Source: Bacilli bacterium (GTDB taxonomy: Bacteria; Bacillota_I; Bacilli_A; RFN20; CAG-826). Taken from it: DNA of 64,000 nt. The first letter of the stretch is position 1, and every line of letters begins with the position of its first letter. Made by a program: the position numbers and the translations under genes. Positions 46,375-53,068 of this stretch are shown here, in pieces. Location of the stretch: positions 16,116 to 80,115 of the forward strand of contig JAZQOV010000006.1 of NCBI GenBank assembly GCA_045628045.1, given 5' to 3'. The notes beneath the pieces are model-generated. The model ran no database searches. It was not told the DNA's origin and saw only the letters and a list, made by a program, of their open reading frames with translations.

Positions 46375-47090
46375 TATTTGATATCTCCTCCTACAATCTT
46401 CACAAACGCTTCTTCAAATGAGTTTTCTTTTGTGTGTTCTTTTATTTCCTCTACAGTGCCTATATCTAATAGATGACCACTACTTAAAATCGCTACTCTA
46501 TCACATAAAGCTTCAATTTCTTCTAAATAGTGAGAAGTTAATACAATCGTCGTCTTTCCTTTCAAGGATTTAATAACTTCCCATAATTCTCTTCTGATGA
46601 GAACATCGAGTCCTAAAGTAGGCTCATCAAGGAAAAGAATCTTTGGTTTAGAAATAAGCGCTACTGCGATTGACAATCTTCTTTGCCAACCGCCTGATAA
46701 AGTCTTTACTCTTTTGTTCAGAATTTCTTTTAAAGAAAAAGAATCCACTATCTTATTAAAATATTCTTCATCGTGACTCCCATATAGGCTCTCAAAGAAG
46801 AACAAGTTCTCTTTCACAGTCAAATTCATTGCCACAGATATTTCTTGCGGAGAAATGTCTATAATCTTCTTTATTTCATCTATTTCGCTTAATGGATGAC
46901 CATCAACCACTGCATCTCCACCACTTTTCTTAGCTAATCCAGATAAAATTCTAATCAATGTTGTTTTTCCGGCACCATTAACGCCTAGTAATCCAAATAA
47001 CTCACCTTCTTTTATAGAAAGAGATACTTCATCTAACGCTTTTAATGCTTTATAGTTCTTTGATAATTTTTCAACTCTAATAATTTCCAT
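46374..47090 (-). CDS. ABC transporter ATP-binding protein (DrrA/CcmA-like exporter ATPase)
   Basis: 238 aa with Walker A GVNGAGKTT, signature LSGGWQRRL and Walker B ILFLDEPT. GGAGG RBS. Confidence 0.9.
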   Translation of the reverse strand: MEIIRVEKLSKNYKALKALDEVSLSIKEGELFGLLGVNGAGKTTLIRILSGLAKKSGGDAVVDGHPLSEIDEIKKIIDISPQEISVAMNLTVKENLFFFESLYGSHDEEYFNKIVDSFSLKEILNKRVKTLSGGWQRRLSIAVALISKPKILFLDEPTLGLDVLIRRELWEVIKSLKGKTTIVLTSHYLEEIEALCDRVAILSSGHLLDIGTVEEIKEHTKENSFEEAFVKIVGGDIK

Positions 47091-47218
47091 GCTCTAGCCT
47101 CCACGACACGAGCATACAAAAAAACAAATTCATTTGTCGCAGAAATTAACTAAGTGGCCTTTTTTGCTCACTATTCGGTAGAAAAAAGCACTGATTTTGT
47201 ATCAATGCTATTGTTTCC
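47030..47218. repeat. Copy B of the ~190-bp direct repeat (partner at 41188-41378)
   Basis: See copy A. This copy is attached to the intact ABC ATPase gene. Confidence 0.8.
47182..47208 (-). terminator. Terminator after the XRE-TM gene
   Basis: Minus strand reads GCATTGAT-ACAAA-ATCAGTGC followed by TTTTTT. Confidence 0.6.
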
Positions 47219-47230
47219 TTATGTGTTTGT

Positions 47231-47270
47231 GCAACGATGTTGATATATCAGTGAAACGAAGTTGATATAT
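47231..47270. repeat. Two direct copies of the G(C/A)AACGA(T/A)GTTGATATAT box
   Basis: Copies at 47231-47248 and 47253-47270, a 22-bp period. The second overlaps the last codons of the XRE-TM ORF. Confidence 0.75.
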
Positions 47271-48279
47271 GTTTTTTACTCTTTTTATAATTTACAATAC
47301 CAAAGATCAATAAAACAAAAGAAGCCATAATGCCTGCAGCAGCAACTATTAAAGCAACATTCCCGTTGCTGTAGTTATTCCAATCAACAAAATTAACTTG
47401 ATAACAATTTGTGACTCCACCCAATAAATAATTTAAAAATCCATTTAATCCAAATGCAAATAGTGTCGAGACAAATACAATAGCACTACCTTTAAAACAT
47501 TTGTTTATCGGAATTAAACTTAATCCACCACTAATCAAAATTGGAAGAACAACATAAGTCGTTATTTCAATTCCTAAAACAAAATCATAGGATGCATATG
47601 AATTTATAACTGCAAGTAATGAAATGATCAATAAATATATAGTTCCAAAATAAATCAAAACAAAGAACTTTTTGAGTTTTTTAAATACCTCATATCGGTA
47701 GAAAATAAATGGAAAGAAAAGCATAAAATATCCAAGAATTACCGCTAATATTGCAAGAAAACACCAATAATTTGAAACATAGATTGAGCATGTCAAAAAC
47801 AAGATAAACATACTTAATAAAGTTAAACTAACAAACCAAAGTAATTTGTGTTTTTTAAATATTTTTGTAACTAATGGAGCATAGAAACTGTCTCCGCATA
47901 AACAAGCTGTTAATACAATCCAGAACCAAGAAAGCGTTTTGTTTACTGCTAGGTTAACAATAAAGCAAATAAGCACTGCTAAGGCCATCAAACCTGAAAC
48001 AATCAGAAAACCTAAAAGATTCCCGTTTTCAATCTTGTTTAATTTCCTTTTTGCGTTCCTATAATCTTGATCTTCGCACGCGGCGAAAAGTTCATGTTCT
48101 GAAATTCCTAATGTTTCGCATAACTTTGTTATTATTGAATTATCGGGAAAAGTTTTGCCTCTTTCCCATTTTGAAACTGTAGTAACATCAACAAATAAAA
48201 TATCAGCAAGTTCTTGTTGAGTTATCTTTTTGTTTATTCTTTTTTGACGAATAAACGAACCAACTTTTTCATAGTCCAT
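47248..48279 (-). CDS. XRE-family HTH regulator fused to an ~8-TM membrane domain
   Basis: HTH KKITQQELADILFVDVTTVSKWERG followed by many hydrophobic segments. AGGAGG precedes ATG 48279 by 7 nt; the ORF track starts at 48297. Confidence 0.75.
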   Translation of the reverse strand: MDYEKVGSFIRQKRINKKITQQELADILFVDVTTVSKWERGKTFPDNSIITKLCETLGISEHELFAACEDQDYRNAKRKLNKIENGNLLGFLIVSGLMALAVLICFIVNLAVNKTLSWFWIVLTACLCGDSFYAPLVTKIFKKHKLLWFVSLTLLSMFILFLTCSIYVSNYWCFLAILAVILGYFMLFFPFIFYRYEVFKKLKKFFVLIYFGTIYLLIISLLAVINSYASYDFVLGIEITTYVVLPILISGGLSLIPINKCFKGSAIVFVSTLFAFGLNGFLNYLLGGVTNCYQVNFVDWNNYSNGNVALIVAAAGIMASFVLLIFGIVNYKKSKKHISTSFH

Positions 48280-48357
48280 ACTAGAACCTCCTAACATAAA
48301 TATAATAAATGCAATAAATTATGGTTATGGCGTGTAATTCAACATACTTGTTGATAA

Positions 48358-49353
48358 TTATATTTTCTTATATCTTTGAATCTTGCTTGTAGGTTTGTCT
48401 GGAAATTCCATTTCAATTAATCCGAGTTTAATAGCAGGATCTAAATAATTCTTTCTAAAGTTTGCTCTATCAGAAAGTTTTAGTAACCGTTGAATTTCCT
48501 TACTTGTGTACCATTTATTTTGAATAAGAGTTTTCAATAATTTGTTCAAATAAACATTGGTATTATTAATTGTTAAAGATGTTTCTGAAATTAATTCTGT
48601 AATTGATAAATCAATCATTTTTAGCATAAATGCTATAAAAACTGTAGAATCACCATTTTTATTAGATTGAGCAATTGCTTCATAATATTCAGCCTGATAT
48701 TTCTTAATTAATGATTCAATTGGAATAAATTCAAATATAGGTTTCCACTTACTTAATATTAAATTCTGCCACAATCTAGCCATTCTTCCGTTTCCATCTC
48801 CAAACGGATGAATAAAAACAAATTCATAATGAAAAACTGAAGACAAAATTAAAGTATTTATAACATTGAAATTTTCTTTAGTCCAAAGAAACAAATTAGA
48901 CATTAATTCTGGAACCATTTTTCCTGGAGGTGCAATAAAAATTACATTTCCGCTTCCATCAACTATGCCTTCACCACCTGTTCTATATTTTCCAGGATTT
49001 TTTACAACATCTTTTGTCATCACCAAATGAACAGATTTTAAATCAACTTCAGAAAATGGATTTTTATCAAATGCTACATCATAAGCTTTAATAGCATTTT
49101 TGATTTCTAAAATGTCTTTGCTAGGTCCAACTACTTTATGACCATTTATTACATCCTCTACTTGGCCTAAGGATAATGAATTCGCTTCAATTGCACAGCT
49201 AGACTGGATTGATTTAATTCTATTTTGCTTTCTTAGCATCGGAAACTTTGAAAGATTACTAAAAGAAGAAATACTTCCCATCTTTTCCATAATAGAAGAA
49301 ACATATTCTAGTATTTCATTTGTCAAAACAAATGGCGGTGCATATTTTTCCAT
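48358..49353 (-). CDS. Fic-family protein (AMPylase-type) with an N-terminal Fic_N region and a C-terminal winged-helix-like tail
   Basis: 331 aa. Active-site motif HPFGDGNGRMARL. The putative inhibitory-helix block SSCAIEAN is related to S-x-x-I-E-G-N. Confidence 0.85.
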   Translation of the reverse strand: MEKYAPPFVLTNEILEYVSSIMEKMGSISSFSNLSKFPMLRKQNRIKSIQSSCAIEANSLSLGQVEDVINGHKVVGPSKDILEIKNAIKAYDVAFDKNPFSEVDLKSVHLVMTKDVVKNPGKYRTGGEGIVDGSGNVIFIAPPGKMVPELMSNLFLWTKENFNVINTLILSSVFHYEFVFIHPFGDGNGRMARLWQNLILSKWKPIFEFIPIESLIKKYQAEYYEAIAQSNKNGDSTVFIAFMLKMIDLSITELISETSLTINNTNVYLNKLLKTLIQNKWYTSKEIQRLLKLSDRANFRKNYLDPAIKLGLIEMEFPDKPTSKIQRYKKI

Positions 49354-49390
49354 AAGAACATTATACCATTATTTCTTCATATTGCAACAT

Positions 49391-49425
49391 TATCTTGTAG
49401 GGTATCTTGTAGGGTATCTTGTAGG
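49391..49425. repeat. Tandem 12-bp repeat TATCTTGTAGGG, about 2.9 units, just upstream of the fic promoter
   Basis: Units at 49391-49402, 49403-49414 and 49415-49425. The last is truncated. Confidence 0.85.
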
Positions 49426-49429
49426 AAAT

Positions 49430-49459
49430 AAAAAAATAGTTAATACTAAGTATTAACTA
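49430..49459 (-). terminator. Terminator after the YwaF-like gene
   Basis: Minus strand reads TAGTTAATACT-T-AGTATTAACTA (11-bp arms) followed by TTTTTTT. Confidence 0.6.
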
Positions 49460-49482
49460 CTAATCTAACTAAGTGTGTTTGC

Positions 49483-49532
49483 GCAACGAAGTTGATATGC
49501 GCTGCATGTCAGTGAAAGGAAGTTGATATATG
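49483..49532. repeat. Two direct copies of the GCAACGAAGTTGATAT / GAAAGGAAGTTGATATAT box
   Basis: Copies start at 49483 and 49514. The flank GTGTGTTTGCGCAACGAAGTTGATAT aligns with 47225-47248. Confidence 0.75.
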
Positions 49533-49590
49533 ATTTTCGTGTTTTCTGACACTAAAATAATACAATTATAACTTATTATTTTAAAAAAGT

Positions 49591-50373
49591 TTAAACTTTT
49601 TTAATTATTTTGTTGCGAATAATCTTGTAGACATAGAATGCAACTATTAACACGACAAATATTAAAATTACAACTACACTATAAAGAGGTTTTATTCCAC
49701 CAACCATATTCCAAAATATGCTATAAGGCGTTCCATCATGTCTTTCTAAGAACATGTAGTTTGTGGTTTGAGAGAACATGTTTGTAATGTGTGCTAGTAA
49801 AGCAATAATAAATAACATAACTAAGGTTTTCCATATATTTTTTAGCTTTAGTTTTGCCATACCAGTAATGCCTATAAATAACGAAGCAAAACAAGAAATG
49901 CAATGCGTTATAGCACTTACGACATTATCGAAAGCTAGAACCGGATAGACAGAATAGTTTTGCGCTGCCCCAATTGTGCCTAAAACACCAGCGATAAAGC
50001 CAAATATAAGGATGAAATCTAATGATGCTTCTTTAATCCTACCTTTGGTAAAAGCTGCTAAAGGTAAGGCTATAAGCATCATTGAACATAAATATAGAGG
50101 CAATACATTTAATAATGTATGAGGTACATCATCGCTACGTAAACAGAAAATAATTATTTTAAAAATCTCAAAAGAATCGATAGCAATTGCAGATATAATT
50201 ATTACTCTATTTTGAATCTTTTCATTCTTTTTATATTTAATTCCAAGGAATATTCCTAAAAAGAGGGCAATAGACACCATGATTGATGTAAACAAAATAT
50301 GCTGCCAACTCCAAGCACCTTCTGCTTCCTTCCAGAAACCACCAAAGCCAAAGAAATCACCAAATATTTTCAT
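49591..50373 (-). CDS. YwaF/TIGR02206-like integral membrane protein
   Basis: 260 aa with about 7 TM segments, including an LPLYLCSM block. Confidence 0.5.
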   Translation of the reverse strand: MKIFGDFFGFGGFWKEAEGAWSWQHILFTSIMVSIALFLGIFLGIKYKKNEKIQNRVIIISAIAIDSFEIFKIIIFCLRSDDVPHTLLNVLPLYLCSMMLIALPLAAFTKGRIKEASLDFILIFGFIAGVLGTIGAAQNYSVYPVLAFDNVVSAITHCISCFASLFIGITGMAKLKLKNIWKTLVMLFIIALLAHITNMFSQTTNYMFLERHDGTPYSIFWNMVGGIKPLYSVVVILIFVVLIVAFYVYKIIRNKIIKKV

Positions 50374-50397
50374 AATTGAATATTATAGACTCAATTA

Positions 50398-50434
50398 AGA
50401 AAAAAAGAAAAACAGGATTATTGATAACCCTGTT
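50398..50434 (-). terminator. Terminator after tRNA-Arg
   Basis: Minus strand reads AACAGG-(12-nt loop)-CCTGTT followed by TTTCTTTTTT. Confidence 0.45.
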
Positions 50435-50444
50435 ATATTTGTGA

Positions 50445-50521
<77 letters not shown>

Positions 50522-50670
50522 AGCGCTTAATAATATAGAGCAAAAGCCTCTTATTTTCAACCTTATTTAATTAAATCTTTCAAAGAACAATCCCATTTTA
50601 TTTTGTAAAAAGTACTTTTTTATATTTATTTCGTACTAATCTTAAATTATAATGTACCAGAGGTAAAAAT

Positions 50671-50898
50671 ATGCGTACAATTTCAATTACAGAACTTAAG
50701 CAAAATCTACATAAATATGTAGCTATTTCAGCAGACGAACAAGTTATTGTTACTTCTCATGGTCAAATTGTGACTATGTTAAGTAACCCAAAAGGCGATA
50801 AATTCGATAATTTTTTGGCTTTAGAAGGGTGTTTAAAAGGAAAAATTCCTAATGATGACTGGGAAAAAGTGCTCGATGAAAGGGAAATGAATAGATGA
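50671..50898 (+). CDS. Phd/YefM-like type II antitoxin
   Basis: 75 aa. The N-terminus MRTISITELKQNLHKYV...VIVTSHGQIV is typical of Phd/YefM. It overlaps the PIN gene by 4 nt. Confidence 0.7.
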   Translation: MRTISITELKQNLHKYVAISADEQVIVTSHGQIVTMLSNPKGDKFDNFLALEGCLKGKIPNDDWEKVLDEREMNR

Positions 50899-51320
50899 AA
50901 ATTTTAGTCGACACAAATGTAATATTAGACGTTCTATTTCAAAGAGAAGGACAAGTTGAATTTTCTAGGAATTTTATTAAACTATGCAAGTCAAAAAGAC
51001 ACCAAATTTATATGACCTCAATGCAAATTCGAGATATCGAATACATAGCGCATAAATATTTTCATAATAAAAAAGACGCACAAAATCTAATTAACACAAC
51101 TTACTCTTTAATAACAAAATTACTTCCTTTATCAGCCGATTCAGCTATTAATGGTATTTTTTCAAATTATACTGACTTTGAAGATCAATTATTAATAAAT
51201 GCAGCAGAAGAATCTATGTTAGATTGTATCGTTACAGACAATATAAAAGATTTCATTAAAAATGAAGGTTCTATTGCATTATTTACACCAAAAACCTTTA
51301 TTGAATCTTGTTCAAATTAA
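50895..51320 (+). CDS. vapC: PIN-domain toxin (VapC-like)
   Basis: 141 aa. MKILVDTNVILDVL supplies the first PIN acidic residue, with further acidic residues downstream (DFEDQ, VTDN). Confidence 0.7.
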   Translation: MKILVDTNVILDVLFQREGQVEFSRNFIKLCKSKRHQIYMTSMQIRDIEYIAHKYFHNKKDAQNLINTTYSLITKLLPLSADSAINGIFSNYTDFEDQLLINAAEESMLDCIVTDNIKDFIKNEGSIALFTPKTFIESCSN

Positions 51321-53068
51321 TTTAGTTTTTTCAAAATTCTTTCTGCTACTTCTTTAGGTATATATTGAGACAGTTCTTCTGCTGTCGCTTTTTTTAACAT
51401 ATCAATATCAGTATAATGATCTAAAATTAATTGTTTTCTTTTTAAACCTAGACCCTCAATATCATCTAAGATTGATTTAGTGAAATTCTTACTACGTTTT
51501 TGATGATGGAAAGTAATTGCAAAACGATGAACTTCATCTTGCATTCTTACAAGTAAGAAAAATAAAGATTTATTGTCATCAAGAGAAATAACGTTGCCAT
51601 CTTTATCCATCAACCCTTTTGTTTGGTGTTTATCGTTTTTAAATAATCCAAAAACAGGTATTTTTAATCCTAGTTCTTCAATGACTTCGTTTCCAGCGTG
51701 AATTTGACCAAGACCACCATCAGTTAATATTAAATCAGGCATTTCTGATTTTTCTTCAATAAGTCTCATGTATCTTCTCTTCATTACTTCTTTCATTGAA
51801 GCATAATCATCACGTTTTTCTTTACCTTCAATGTTGAATTTGCGATACATCTTTTTAACAGGTTCACCATTAATGAACACAACCATTGCTCCAACGGGTG
51901 CATCACCTTGAATATGAGAATTATCAAATAGCTCAATTCTGTAAGGAGTCTTTATACTTAGTTTTTCGCCTAATTCATCAAGGAGTTTTGAAGCATCATC
52001 AGTGAGTCTTGCGCTCATAAAATGTGAGTCTAAAGATTGCACTGCGTTTAGGTTTGCCATCTCGATTTGTTCGATAAGTTTACCTTTGGTAACTGATACA
52101 AATTTGGCATCAATTATATCTTTTAGAATTTCAGAAACTCCATCAATATTCATAACAATTTCTTTTGGAACTGAATGCGTTTCGTAGTACTGAAAAATAA
52201 GGTCAGAAATTTGTTCAATATTATCTCCGAATTCTTCCACAATATAAGACTCTTTTCCGAGAAGTAAACCGCGTCTATAAGTTAAAATTGCAAGAGATAA
52301 ATAACCGTCTCTAGTTGTGTATGCAAAGACATCACGATTAACGTGGTCACCACTTTCAACACCTTGTTTAGATAAAACATGTTCAATGGCATCTAAAGTT
52401 TTTTTAAGATCGTTAGCTTTTTCAAACTCCATATTTTGGCTTGCTAAAAGCATTTTTTCTTTAATATCTTTTGCGATGTCTGGATTATTTCCCTCAAGGA
52501 AAGATTTAATTTGATTAAATAATTTGTCGTTTTCTTCTTGAGAAATCTTGTTAACGCAAGGTCCAAGGCACATTCCCATATGGTAATAAAGACATGTTTC
52601 GTGTGGAATGTTATGGCATTTTCTTGTTGGGAATAATTTATTTAGCAAATCAATCACTTCGTAAGCATAACCAGAAGTTGGAAATGGCCCAAAATAATAG
52701 TAATTCTTATCTGAATCATTTCTTGCTATTTTTAAGATTGGATCATTCTTCTTTTTAAGTGCAATATAAGGATAATGTTTTGAATCTTTTAAAAGGATAT
52801 TATAGCGAGGATAATACTTATGTATTAAGTTCATCTCTAAAATAAAGGATTCTTTCTCAGATTTTACAACAATGGTTTCAAAATGATCAACATGTGAAAC
52901 CATGGCTGCTACTTTCCCAACTTGCGGTCTTAAAAAATATTGTGAAACACGGTTATATAAATTTTTAGCTTTTCCAACATAAATAACTTTGTCGTCCTTA
53001 TCTTTCATTAAATAACAGCCAGGACGTCTTGGAAGTAATGGAATTGCTATTTTAACTTTATCCGTCAT
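51317..53068 (-). CDS. uvrC: Excinuclease ABC subunit C
   Basis: 583 aa. N-terminal GIY-YIG (GCYLMKDKDDKVIYVGKAKNL), UvrBC-interaction region, RNase H-like endonuclease domain and C-terminal HhH. ATGA overlap with mutS2. Confidence 0.9.
   Translation of the reverse strand: MTDKVKIAIPLLPRRPGCYLMKDKDDKVIYVGKAKNLYNRVSQYFLRPQVGKVAAMVSHVDHFETIVVKSEKESFILEMNLIHKYYPRYNILLKDSKHYPYIALKKKNDPILKIARNDSDKNYYYFGPFPTSGYAYEVIDLLNKLFPTRKCHNIPHETCLYYHMGMCLGPCVNKISQEENDKLFNQIKSFLEGNNPDIAKDIKEKMLLASQNMEFEKANDLKKTLDAIEHVLSKQGVESGDHVNRDVFAYTTRDGYLSLAILTYRRGLLLGKESYIVEEFGDNIEQISDLIFQYYETHSVPKEIVMNIDGVSEILKDIIDAKFVSVTKGKLIEQIEMANLNAVQSLDSHFMSARLTDDASKLLDELGEKLSIKTPYRIELFDNSHIQGDAPVGAMVVFINGEPVKKMYRKFNIEGKEKRDDYASMKEVMKRRYMRLIEEKSEMPDLILTDGGLGQIHAGNEVIEELGLKIPVFGLFKNDKHQTKGLMDKDGNVISLDDNKSLFFLLVRMQDEVHRFAITFHHQKRSKNFTKSILDDIEGLGLKRKQLILDHYTDIDMLKKATAEELSQYIPKEVAERILKKLN

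Noticed and set aside
41408-49532. The phased direct repeats (41408-41460, 42827-42885, 47231-47270, 49391-49425, 49483-49532) as CRISPR arrays
   Set aside because: There are only 2-3 units per locus. Units are 9-18 nt with 1-15 nt between them, far from the 24-48-nt repeat and 25-70-nt spacer geometry of CRISPR, and there are no cas genes in the window.
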